Positions 51,842-61,250 of a stretch of 64,000 nucleotides of DNA are shown here, piece after piece. Within the stretch, counting starts at the first letter, position 1. Every line of letters starts with the position of its first letter. The notes below the pieces were generated by a model, which did no database searches, was not told where the DNA came from, and was given only the letters and a program-made list of their open reading frames with translations. The stretch comes from Bacteroidales bacterium. GTDB lineage: Bacteria; Bacteroidota; Bacteroidia; Bacteroidales; WCHB1-69. The stretch is from the NCBI GenBank assembly GCA_045130275.1, contig JBGUPL010000021.1:34010-98009 (forward strand), read 5' to 3'. Both the position numbers and the translations under genes were made by a program.

Positions 51842-52066
51842 ATGAAAAAAGTATTGACATTGACACTTTTCGCAGCCATATTATTTGTCGCATGTGAAAA
51901 AGAGAACGTCCAAACGGCAACACAAGGACAAAATCTCAACCGAGTAATTTTGCTACCCGATGAAGAAAAAACAGGAGCACCATCAATTATTTTAGCGTTG
52001 ACAATGGGACATAGCAGTAAAGATTGCAAGGGGTGTATTATGATAGATGCCGGTACGAGCAAATAA
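51842..52066 (+). CDS. Short, probably truncated lipoprotein
   Basis: Lipobox FVAC; CKGC near the abrupt end. Confidence 0.55.
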   Translation: MKKVLTLTLFAAILFVACEKENVQTATQGQNLNRVILLPDEEKTGAPSIILALTMGHSSKDCKGCIMIDAGTSK

Positions 52067-52304
52067 TGCGACTCGGAATGAATTAAACAATTAAAAATCA
52101 AATAGTTGAACAAACATAAACAAAAAAAACATCAACAAGCTGCAACCTTTTGAAAGTTTTGCGTCTTATTATAGAAATATGTTTTAATTTTACAGCGTTG
52201 TTTGCTTATCTTGATGTTTAACGGACTTCGCACCAAGGTCAGCGGCAACGCGAAGAAGTAAAAAATAGAAGTCCCCTTAAGAGCAACGAAAAATCATTGC
52301 TATT

Positions 52305-52796
52305 ATGAAAAAAGAGACAATAAGATTATTATTTTCCATAGCGGCGTTTTTTTGCTGGCTGTCACTGATGTCCGTAGCTTGCGACCCCGCATGTCACGAT
52401 AAGTTTTATTTGAAAAACACGTTGGACACCCCCATCACCTATTCGCAATTCAACACCAAAGACAGCACCCAGCGCAACATAGTCACCATTCAACCAGGAG
52501 AAAGCAAACTGGTTTATGAGTATGTCGGAAGGGATTCACAATTCGAATCTATCGTGTCATCACCTTATTGTGATGAATTACAATTATCTGCCAACAACAA
52601 TTGTCATATGGTCACCTTTTCGGACGGCACTACATGGCAATGGGAATTGTCAAATCAAATCAACATTGACAAGCATCCTTATCTTATAAGATGTTGGAAT
52701 ATTTTGAACTCTTCAAACACAAAACACAGATCTGATTACGAAGTTGAATATGTGGTTGACAGTGTTGATTATCAAAATGCTATTCAACGTCATTAA
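52305..52796 (+). CDS. Hypothetical lipoprotein
   Basis: Lipobox SVAC-DP. Confidence 0.65.
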   Translation: MKKETIRLLFSIAAFFCWLSLMSVACDPACHDKFYLKNTLDTPITYSQFNTKDSTQRNIVTIQPGESKLVYEYVGRDSQFESIVSSPYCDELQLSANNNCHMVTFSDGTTWQWELSNQINIDKHPYLIRCWNILNSSNTKHRSDYEVEYVVDSVDYQNAIQRH

Positions 52797-52822
52797 TATC
52801 TGCATTGTTAACTCATAAATCG

Positions 52823-52922
52823 AATCGAGTAGGAGGTGAACATTGATCAATGATGTTCACCTCTTTTCGTGTTCTGCTGTTCACTCCTCCTATCATGCAT
52901 AAAGTTCTACACATGGCAATTC
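52823..52922 (-). mobile_element. Degenerate group II intron domains V-VI relic
   Basis: Minus strand GAATTGCCATGTGTAGAACTTTATGCATGATAGGAGGAG..CACCTCCTACTCGATT aligns by eye to class IIC DV consensus, mostly via transitions. Confidence 0.6.
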
Positions 52923-53034
52923 TTTCACATTTTGGCTACCCAAATAATATTCTGGGAAGCCAACCAGCTAATCAAACTATTACAGCCTTGATAGGTGCTT
53001 CTTAACTGATTGATTTGAGTGGCAGTATTTTTCA

Positions 53035-53101
53035 AGGGCGACCGGGCACGCTATCCATTCAAACTTCGCGGCAAGCCGCTCGTAACCATTCCTATCGTTG
53101 T
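53035..53101 (+). repeat. 67-bp direct repeat copy 1
   Basis: 65/67 identical to 55388-55454. Confidence 0.92.
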
Positions 53102-53194
53102 CGCTTTTTTTTCAACAAACTGCAACCTTTTGTTTTTTTTGCATCTTATCCATACAGAGCGGATTATTTTGTAATTTTGTGCCGCGAAAAGACG

Positions 53195-54304
53195 ATGAGA
53201 CCGAACCGCACATATAGCCCATGTCTCCCGCAGACCGCGCAGATTTCCGCAGAGATTCTCCGCGCGGATACGCGTGATACGCGAGATACGCGGAGATTCC
53301 TTGCGCGACACGCGGTGTCTTTTTCAATTTCAATTCCTAATTCCACATTGCTAATTCCTAATTGGACCCGCCACCCCGACCACCTCGGCTCAGCCTCGTG
53401 GATCACCAACATCTACGGCAGAACAATCCAGCATTTGTACTACCTGCCATACGGCGAAGACTTGGTGAACCAGCAGCACACGGCTGTTGGTGCCATGTAC
53501 ACTTTCAGTGCCAAGGAGAAAGATACAGAAACTGGCTATTCCTACTTTGGTTCACGCTACTACAACTCTGACTTGAGCATTTGGTTGAGTGTGGACCCGA
53601 TGGCGGACAAGTATCCGAGTATGAGTTCGTATGTGTATTGCGCGGACAACCCGGTGAAGTTGGTGGATCCGAATGGGGAAGATTGGGTTGAGCGTGAGGT
53701 GGAAGGACGAAAAGAAGTTTATTATGACAGGTCTGTCAAATCTCAGGCTGATGTAAACAAAAAGTATGGAGAAAGTTCTGGCGTAAGGCATCTTGCAGAT
53801 GGGACAAAAGTTGGCAATGGTCAATACACCGTTTACAATGACCATAAAGGAAACAAAAATGGTGTTGTGAAAGACGCTAACGGAAATACTATAAATCCAG
53901 ATAGAACAATAATTTACGGAAAAGGTTATACTCTTTTTGCTGGTGTGACAGATGAAAGTGTTAATGCGGAATCTTTACACAACAATATGTTTGGTTCTAG
54001 TTATATTGGCGCAGATAATCCCAAAAGCTATAATGGGGAAGACAATTATGATTATCAACCCACATGGAGTCCAACAGAAATGGCGGCTTATCGTCACGAC
54101 AAGGCGTATGATGCAGTTGGAGCCGAAGGAGTGTCAGGAGCATTGTTAAACCAACGCACAAAATGCGCAGACCAATGTTTAATTTATGAGTGTAAAAAAA
54201 TTGCAAAAAACCCTAAAATAAACACATCAGAAAGAAGTAGAGCGAGAAAAATCGCTTTTGGTTTTTCCTGTATAGATTTTATATTTAAAACACCACGTTT
54301 TTAA
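53195..54304 (+). CDS. Orphan Rhs core + C-terminal toxin (PLA2-like)
   Basis: HPDHLGS, YLPYGE, KEKDTETG, RYY, NPVKLVDPNGED; tip has YIGADNP..AAYRHDKAYD..ADQCL. Start codon uncertain. Confidence 0.8.
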   Translation: MRPNRTYSPCLPQTAQISAEILRADTRDTRDTRRFLARHAVSFSISIPNSTLLIPNWTRHPDHLGSASWITNIYGRTIQHLYYLPYGEDLVNQQHTAVGAMYTFSAKEKDTETGYSYFGSRYYNSDLSIWLSVDPMADKYPSMSSYVYCADNPVKLVDPNGEDWVEREVEGRKEVYYDRSVKSQADVNKKYGESSGVRHLADGTKVGNGQYTVYNDHKGNKNGVVKDANGNTINPDRTIIYGKGYTLFAGVTDESVNAESLHNNMFGSSYIGADNPKSYNGEDNYDYQPTWSPTEMAAYRHDKAYDAVGAEGVSGALLNQRTKCADQCLIYECKKIAKNPKINTSERSRARKIAFGFSCIDFIFKTPRF

Positions 54305-54312
54305 AAAGCAGT

Positions 54313-54873
54313 ATGAAAACAATGGGATACTTGAATAAATCCATTAAGTTTCTTTTTTATATTGTTATTGTTGGAACACTGTTTTATATAGTGTGGGCCT
54401 GTTTTTTTGTCGCCACTTTTCATGGAGACACATACGGTAAATCGGAAGCATACGTAATTGATATTAATACAAATACGAGTGATAGACCCCTTAATTCTGC
54501 TGACATCCTTGATTTATTATATGGTTTTCAGTCTTCGCATCCTCAATTTAAATTAATGGACACAGATACACAAGGGAATATATATCATAACTTTTCAGAT
54601 AAAATAGATAACCGAAACGATCAATATTTGGTTTTCTTCTATATGAAGGATATTAATTTAACATTCTCTTGTGTAACTGAAGTTACTTCTAAAAATCATC
54701 CTTTAATAAAATTGTATGCCATTAATGAAGGTTCTGTGTTTCGTCATTGGGAGAGAATTAACAACTACAAGGAAATATCTCGCAAAAAAAACAAGGTAAT
54801 GAAGAAAAAATTTGAAACTGAGATTTTAGATGATTTGGGTGTAAAATGGAGGCACAGGAGGTTTTGGGACTAA
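54313..54873 (+). CDS. Putative membrane-anchored immunity protein
   Basis: Starts 8 nt after the toxin stop, AT-rich, N-terminal TM. Confidence 0.55.
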   Translation: MKTMGYLNKSIKFLFYIVIVGTLFYIVWACFFVATFHGDTYGKSEAYVIDINTNTSDRPLNSADILDLLYGFQSSHPQFKLMDTDTQGNIYHNFSDKIDNRNDQYLVFFYMKDINLTFSCVTEVTSKNHPLIKLYAINEGSVFRHWERINNYKEISRKKNKVMKKKFETEILDDLGVKWRHRRFWD

Positions 54874-54975
54874 AAATATTGCCTCACAAAGCAGATGTAT
54901 GAATGCATTAATGATCTAAATCAATTGGATTGTCGTTCAAACCAAATATTATTCATTCTCAAAAACATTAAAAAA

Positions 54976-55374
54976 ATGAAAAAAGTATTTTTTATCCTGG
55001 CGATAGCATTCGCCGCAGTAACAGCAATGACCTCTTGTTCCGACAAGGAGGTGACCCGAGAGTCTTTCATCGGAACTTGGGAGGTTACGTCTTATCAAGA
55101 GAAACCCACTTCCGGTACAGAGTGGAGAGATATGCTTGATGGTGGCATGACGCTCACAGTCAAAGCAGACGGAACCTGTCTCATCCAATATTCGGATGGC
55201 TCATCGGAAAATTCCCCTTGGGCATACGACGAAAGCACAAACAAGCTTCTTATTATGTTCCAAAATTGGACGGTGCAGAAATGTTCCAAAAAGGAAATTC
55301 AACTCTATTGTGACGAATTTGCAGACACTTACCTTGCTGAGGTTCAACGCGCCACGCTAAAAAGAGTCAAGTAG
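54976..55374 (+). CDS. Lipocalin-like lipoprotein
   Basis: Lipobox MTSC; FIGTWEV; TLKRVK end. Confidence 0.7.
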   Translation: MKKVFFILAIAFAAVTAMTSCSDKEVTRESFIGTWEVTSYQEKPTSGTEWRDMLDGGMTLTVKADGTCLIQYSDGSSENSPWAYDESTNKLLIMFQNWTVQKCSKKEIQLYCDEFADTYLAEVQRATLKRVK

Positions 55375-55387
55375 TTCTTTCTTTTTC

Positions 55388-55454
55388 AGGGCGACCGGGC
55401 ACGCTATCCATTCAAACTTCGCGGCAGGCCGCTCGTAACCATTTCTATCGTTGT
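55388..55454 (+). repeat. 67-bp direct repeat copy 2
   Basis: Matches 53035-53101. Confidence 0.92.
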
Positions 55455-55511
55455 AGCGGAATCAAGGACGTGGAAAACGCATTCGACCATCATGAATGCG
55501 TTTTCCACGTT

Positions 55512-55970
55512 TATAGTATCTATTGCTACCCGAAAACAGACACGGACTTGGGACTGGGTGTCATCTATCCCGGTTTTGATGAGATTGCCCAGGCTATTGC
55601 CAAACGTGACAAGGCTCAGATCGTTCCTGCGGGCGCATACGCCGTGAACAAATTGGGACTCAGCACACAGGTGCCTATGAATGTCGTTTTCCTCACCAGC
55701 GGAGAAAGCCGCAAAGTTGTGATACGTAACGGCAGAGGCATCCTCTTCAAACATGCCGCGCCGAGAAATTTCGCGTTTGAGAATTCTTTCGCCCAACTCC
55801 TTTCGGTAGCACTCAAGGAAATCGGGAAAGACAATCTCGATTCCGAGCAAAAAAACACGCTCAAACGCATTCTCCATGAGCAACCGCGCATATCGGAAAA
55901 AGATTTGAGCCTAATGACTGTCTGGATTAGAAAACTTATAAACGAATTGTATGATGAATGATTTATGGCG
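55512..55970 (+). pseudogene. N-truncated DUF6088 antitoxin, plus first codons of a possible AbiEii
   Basis: IYCYPK..AIAKRDKAQIVPAGAYAVNKLGLSTQVPM; overlapping ATGAATGATTTATGG, then homology lost. Confidence 0.7.
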
Positions 55971-56487
55971 AAAAGTTGCCATTTGGCCAGCTATTGGAGC
56001 GAATCCAAGAACTGGAGGCGCGTTTCCACACCTTACGGCATTAGAACCTTGATGTCTCGCACTCGTAGGCTCAGCACGACCGATTTATTCTTATCTTATC
56101 ATAATTATCATATTCAGACTTCTTGTTTTCCACTATCTTTATGATTGTCAATCATTTATAGGGGTTTTCGTATGTTAATATGGCTTGGCAAAAGTACACA
56201 AAAAATACTGACACTTCATCAGACAACAAGGAAACAGTCATCCGTCTGGCAGGAAACTCTGCCTATTAGATTGCTATTCCTTGCAACCATGAGTTTTACG
56301 CCTTCTACGACATTGCCGCACCTTAAACCTTAAACCCTTAACATCTAAACTCTATTAAACTTCCCACAATAATTTCGACACTTCCGCGTTATATCTCAGT
56401 TTGTCTGACGCACCTCGCTGGAACTGGAGGCGCACTGTGTGATCTTATATCGTATAATAATTGTATAAACCTATAATTCAAGCCATT

Positions 56488-57054
56488 ATGAAAAAGAGTA
56501 TTCTAACCATCATGACCCTTGTGGCCCTTTTGATGTGCGGCTGCGAGCAAGACCCAAACAACCCTGGCGGTTCCCACAACCCCGGCGGCAACACCGACCC
56601 CGACAACCCCTCCGTTGATGTCACCCCCTATCTGGGCAAATACCTGATGAGCCGCCACACCGAGCTCTCCATCAATGTGCTCGGCATGTTCTCCTTCCCG
56701 CTCGACAAAGACCTCGATGTGGAAATGGTCACCGTCAAAAGCGACCCCACGGTCGAGAACGGCATCATCATCAGCAATAACGATGCCCTCTACCTGCGCG
56801 GCATTGTCGATACCGACGGCCTCCATCTTCAAAACGACACTGTCAATCTTGTCATTGACACCACCGTCGCGAACTATCCCCTCAACTTCGGTGTCAGTGT
56901 CAGCATGACCCATCCCACCATCCAACCGCCCGTGAACGGTGTTATGGAATGGACCAGCATCGCAACCGGCAGCGCCGCCACCTCCGTCCTCGGCATCCCC
57001 ATCACTGCAACCCTTACCGGCGATATGCGCTACAAAACCATTTGGAGCAACTAA
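56488..57054 (+). CDS. Hypothetical lipoprotein
   Basis: Lipobox MCGC, NPGG low-complexity linker. Confidence 0.7.
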   Translation: MKKSILTIMTLVALLMCGCEQDPNNPGGSHNPGGNTDPDNPSVDVTPYLGKYLMSRHTELSINVLGMFSFPLDKDLDVEMVTVKSDPTVENGIIISNNDALYLRGIVDTDGLHLQNDTVNLVIDTTVANYPLNFGVSVSMTHPTIQPPVNGVMEWTSIATGSAATSVLGIPITATLTGDMRYKTIWSN

Positions 57055-57078
57055 ATATCTGATTTATAATCCTTAAGC

Positions 57079-57115
57079 TAAAAGATGCGCCCTCGACTGG
57101 ACGCATCTTTTTTTA
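57079..57115 (+). terminator. Intrinsic terminator
   Basis: AAAAGATGCG...CGCATCTTTTTT. Confidence 0.7.
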
Positions 57116-57179
57116 TTCCCAAAAGTGCTGAAAACAACATGCTTTTAGTATTGTATGACCTGCAAAAGTCCGTCTGGCC

Positions 57180-57509
57180 GTGGAGAGGAACGGCTATTTC
57201 TTCCGTCAGTATCCGTTGGTGAGCAACGGGCGGATGGTGGAGAACAAGCCCAAGAACAAGGCCTTGCGCCACGCCCTGTGCGAGCTGGACGGCAAAATCG
57301 TGACGGTGAGCAGTCTCGACAAGGAGTCGTTCCATGATTTCGCCCAAGCGGTTGCGGACCTCGGCGTGCAGAACGCCATCGCTCTCACCGGCGGCGATGC
57401 CTACGGTTTCCGCCGCGACCAGGAGAACGGATTCCAGCCGTGGGGTGGGGATGTCAAGATGTGGAAGCCTTTGGAACACGTGAATTTCATTGTCTGGAGG
57501 GAGTTCTAA
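57180..57509 (+). pseudogene. 3' fragment of a host-like gene (possibly phosphodiester glycosidase-like)
   Basis: Backbone-like codon usage, no clear start; FRQYPLV, LGVQNAIALTGG. Confidence 0.4.
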
Positions 57510-57583
57510 AAAAAACGTGCGGGAGAGAATTTCTCCCCCGCACGGAACGTTCCCAACGGGAACGGATAAGAAAGCCCGCCGGA

Positions 57584-58147
57584 TTACTCCTTGATTTTGT
57601 TGACCTGGTCCTTGACGGCGTTCTCGAGACGGTTGATGCCGAAGAGTGCGACGAGATAAGCCACTCCGATGAGGACAAGGCCCAGACCGAACAGCCAGGT
57701 GAGTGTGATGCCGGAAGCGTCCAGGTTATACAGTCCGAGGCAGCCCAACGCGGCGCCGGCAATGCCGAGAAGCATGATCACCCACCAGTAGGCGAATCCG
57801 AATTTCTTGTAGTCAAAACTTTGGACGAACAGGACGATGCCCTCGAACATCACCCAAAGGGCGAAAATGATGGGCAGCGAGATGGCCAACCAGATGGAGT
57901 TGCAGAGGAAGATGATGCCGACGAGGATCTGCAGCAGCGCGGAGAGCATACGGGTACCGCTGTTCGGGAGGAATCGTTGCGTGCGCAGGGTGAACACGAA
58001 ACGCGAGATACCGGCCACAAGGGTGAAACAACCGATGAGCATCGCCATGGAGATCAGCGTGGCGTCGGGATTGATGAAACACATAATACCGGTTGCGATA
58101 AGCAGAACACCGGTAATTCCCAACCAAATTTTACTACTTTTGTTCAT
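57584..58147 (-). CDS. HdeD/DUF308 membrane protein
   Basis: Six short TM helices, GIMCFINP. Confidence 0.75.
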   Translation of the reverse strand: MNKSSKIWLGITGVLLIATGIMCFINPDATLISMAMLIGCFTLVAGISRFVFTLRTQRFLPNSGTRMLSALLQILVGIIFLCNSIWLAISLPIIFALWVMFEGIVLFVQSFDYKKFGFAYWWVIMLLGIAGAALGCLGLYNLDASGITLTWLFGLGLVLIGVAYLVALFGINRLENAVKDQVNKIKE

Positions 58148-58388
58148 AATTATGTAATTTAATTGTGATTATTTTTGAATGATTAATTTGACGGTGGCAA
58201 AAATAAAAAATCTTCGATTTGTTGTTACAATGAATTTTGGGTTAGATGGTTAGAAGGTTAGGAGGTTAGAAGGTTAATGGGGTAGGGATGGTGGTAAACG
58301 GCTTATTGATAGTGAATTGCAAAATTATGAAACAAAACACACACGATTACGGAATTTTTTTTGTATTTTTGCGGGTTGAATTAGTGAA

Positions 58389-58469
58389 TGGTTATAGGTT
58401 ATAGGTTATGGGTTATTGAAGCCAATAGCCAATAGCTAAAAGCCAAAAGCCAATAGCCAATAGCTAAAA
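58389..58469. repeat. (GGTTATA)n + (AGCCAAT)n arrays
   Basis: Direct reading. Confidence 0.88.
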
Positions 58470-58504
58470 CAAGCAAGAACGGAACAAATTTAAATTTCGA
58501 AAAT

Positions 58505-59167
58505 ATGGATAAAAATCAAATGAGAGAAATCATCGCCAAGAGAGTTGCGAAAGAACTCCATGACGGCGATGTGGTGAATTTGGGAATCGGTCTGCCGACC
58601 ATGGTTCCGAACTATCTGCCTAAGAACGTGAACGTTATCCTGCAATCGGAGAACGGTCTGCTCGGTATGGGCCCGACACCCGCCGAAGGTCAGGAAGACG
58701 ACAACCTGGTGAACTCCGGCGGCGGTTACATCACCGCGCAGCCTGGCGCCGTCTCTTTCAGCTCCGCCGACTCTTTCAGCATCATCCGCGGCGGTCACGT
58801 CGATGTGACGGTCCTCGGTGCCATGCAGGTGGATGAGCAGGGCGACCTCGCCAACTGGATGATCCCCGGCAAGCTTACCCCCGGTATGGGCGGCGCTATG
58901 GACCTCCTCGTGGGTGCCCGCAAGGTGATCCTCGCAATGGAGCACACCCAGAAAGGCAACCCGAAAATCCTCCACAAATGCAATCTGCCGTTGACCGCCA
59001 AAGGCCAGGTGAACCTCATTGTCACCGAGATGGGCGTGATGGAAGTCACCGACAAGGGCATCGTCTTAACCGAAATTTATCCTGAGTTCACGGTTGAAGA
59101 TGTGCAGGCAGCCACGGAAGCCACGCTGATCATTTCGCCGAACTTGAAAAAAATGGAAATTGATTAG
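58505..59167 (+). CDS. 3-oxoacid/butyrate CoA-transferase beta subunit
   Basis: VNLGIGLPT, QSENG, GMGGAMDL. Confidence 0.9.
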   Translation: MDKNQMREIIAKRVAKELHDGDVVNLGIGLPTMVPNYLPKNVNVILQSENGLLGMGPTPAEGQEDDNLVNSGGGYITAQPGAVSFSSADSFSIIRGGHVDVTVLGAMQVDEQGDLANWMIPGKLTPGMGGAMDLLVGARKVILAMEHTQKGNPKILHKCNLPLTAKGQVNLIVTEMGVMEVTDKGIVLTEIYPEFTVEDVQAATEATLIISPNLKKMEID

Positions 59168-59253
59168 GCAAAAGGCAAAAGGCAAAAGGCAAAAGGCAAA
59201 AGAAAACCCAATGGGAGGCATTACTATTGCCTGTTGCCTGTTGCCTGTTGCCT
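59166..59253. repeat. (AGGCAAA)5 ... (TTGCCTG)n inverted arrays
   Basis: Direct reading. Confidence 0.88.
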
Positions 59254-59294
59254 TGATACGATAGAACGAATTAATAACAAAAACTTACGATAAA

Positions 59295-60434
59295 ATGGAT
59301 TTTGGTTTTTCAAAGAGAGAAGAACTCTTCTTACAGATGATCCGCGAGTTTGCGGAGAACGAGGTCAAGCCGCTCGCCGCTGAAGTGGATGAGCAGGAGC
59401 GTTTCCCGATGGAGACGGTCGAGAAAATGGCCAAGATAGGAATCATGGGCATCCCTGTGCCGGTGGAATACGGCGGACAGGGCGGCACCAACCAGATGTA
59501 TTCAATGGCCGTGGAGGAGCTCTCCCGCGTGTGCGCCACCACCGGCGTCATCGTGTCGGCTCACACCTCGCTGTGTATCAACCCGATACTCGAATACGGA
59601 ACAGAAGAACAAAAGATGAAATATGTGCCGAAGTTGGCTGCCGGCGAGTGGATCGGCGCTTTCGGCCTCACGGAACCCAACGCCGGCACGGACGCTGCCA
59701 TGCAGCAGACGACCGCCGTTCTGGACGGTGACGAGTGGGTGCTCAACGGCACGAAGATCTTCATCACCAACGCCGGTTACGCACACGTCTATGTGGTGAT
59801 GGCCATGACCAACAAGGAAATGGGTACCCGCGGCATCTCCGCCTTCATCGTGGAGAAAGGCACGCCCGGTTTCTCCATCGGCAAGAAGGAGAAGAAGATG
59901 GGTATCCGCGGCTCCGCCACCTGCGAGCTGATTTTCGAGAACTGCCGCATCCCGAAGGAGAACCTCCTCGGCGAGCAGGGCAAGGGCTTCAAAATCGCCA
60001 TGAACACGCTGAACGGCGGCCGTATCGGTATCGCCGCTCAGGCACTCGGTATCGCACAAGGTGCTCTGGATGAGACCGTTAAATACACGAAAGAGCGTAA
60101 ACAGTTCGGTCGTGCCATCAGCGCGTTCCAGAACACGCAGTTCCAGTTAGCCAACCTGGACGCCAAGATTCAGGCCGCCCGTCTGTTGGTGCGCGAGGCT
60201 TCCTATAATAAGGATATGCACAAACCTTACGCCGTCGAGGCCGCACGCTGCAAGCTTTTCGCCGCCGAGACTGCTATGGAGGTGACCACCAAGGCTGTGC
60301 AGTTCCACGGCGGTTACGGTTACACCCGCGAATATCCGGTGGAGCGCATGATGCGTGACGCCAAGATCACCGAGATCTACGAAGGCACCTCAGAGGTCCA
60401 GAGAATGGTCATTGCCGGTAATTTATTCAAATAA
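59295..60434 (+). CDS. bcd: Butyryl-CoA dehydrogenase
   Basis: FGLTEPNAGTDA, KIFITN, MGIRGS, IYEGTSEVQR; upstream of etfBA. Confidence 0.85.
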   Translation: MDFGFSKREELFLQMIREFAENEVKPLAAEVDEQERFPMETVEKMAKIGIMGIPVPVEYGGQGGTNQMYSMAVEELSRVCATTGVIVSAHTSLCINPILEYGTEEQKMKYVPKLAAGEWIGAFGLTEPNAGTDAAMQQTTAVLDGDEWVLNGTKIFITNAGYAHVYVVMAMTNKEMGTRGISAFIVEKGTPGFSIGKKEKKMGIRGSATCELIFENCRIPKENLLGEQGKGFKIAMNTLNGGRIGIAAQALGIAQGALDETVKYTKERKQFGRAISAFQNTQFQLANLDAKIQAARLLVREASYNKDMHKPYAVEAARCKLFAAETAMEVTTKAVQFHGGYGYTREYPVERMMRDAKITEIYEGTSEVQRMVIAGNLFK

Positions 60435-60452
60435 TCAAGAACATAGAACATT

Positions 60453-61232
60453 ATGAATATAGTAGTTTGTATCAAACAAGTTCCGAACACGAACGAAATC
60501 AAGATCAACCCCGAAACCGGGACGTTGATCCGCGACGGCGTGCCCAGCATCATGAACCCCGATGACAAGGGCGGCCTCGAAATGGCCCTGCGCCTGAAAG
60601 ACCAGTACGGCGCCAATGTCACCGTCATCACGATGGGACCGCCGCAAGCCGACGCCATCCTCCGCGAGGCCTTCGCCATGGGTGCCGATCGCGCCATCCT
60701 GCTCACCGACCGCAAGTTCGCCGGTGCTGATACGCTGGCCACCTCATACGCACTGGCCGGTGCCATCAAGACCCTCGATTACGACTTGATCATTGCCGGT
60801 CGTCAAGCCATCGATGGCGACACCGCGCAGGTGGCCCCCGAAATGGCTGAACATCTGGGACTTCCGCAGGTTTCCTACACCGTGGATCTCAAATACAACA
60901 ACGGCCTTTGTTTGGTGAAGAAAGAGACGGAAGAGGGCTACCAGATGCTGGAAGTGCCCACGCCGTGCGTGCTCACCGTGCTGGCCACCGCCAACCAACC
61001 GCGCTACATGAGCGTGAAGGGCATTATGGAAGCTTTCGACAAGGAAGTGGAAATCTGGACCGCCGACAAGATCGATGTCGATCCTAACCGCTTGGGTCTC
61101 AAAGGTTCCCCGACCCGCGTGAAGAAATCCTTCACCAAACCTCAGAAATCTCCCGGCCAAGTCTATGAAGTGGATGCGGAAGAAGCTGTCGGTATCATTA
61201 TCAGCAAACTGAAAGAAAAATTCATTATCTAA
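60453..61232 (+). CDS. etfB: Electron transfer flavoprotein beta
   Basis: VCIKQVP, AGADTLAT, GRQAIDGDTAQV. Confidence 0.92.
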   Translation: MNIVVCIKQVPNTNEIKINPETGTLIRDGVPSIMNPDDKGGLEMALRLKDQYGANVTVITMGPPQADAILREAFAMGADRAILLTDRKFAGADTLATSYALAGAIKTLDYDLIIAGRQAIDGDTAQVAPEMAEHLGLPQVSYTVDLKYNNGLCLVKKETEEGYQMLEVPTPCVLTVLATANQPRYMSVKGIMEAFDKEVEIWTADKIDVDPNRLGLKGSPTRVKKSFTKPQKSPGQVYEVDAEEAVGIIISKLKEKFII

Positions 61233-61250
61233 CCCCAAAACAACAGAAAA

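Noticed and set aside
56008-56437. GAACTGGAGGCGC twice; minus-strand GTGCGCC as a possible group II intron 5' end
   Set aside because: Too short, and no downstream domain I similarity recognisable by eye.
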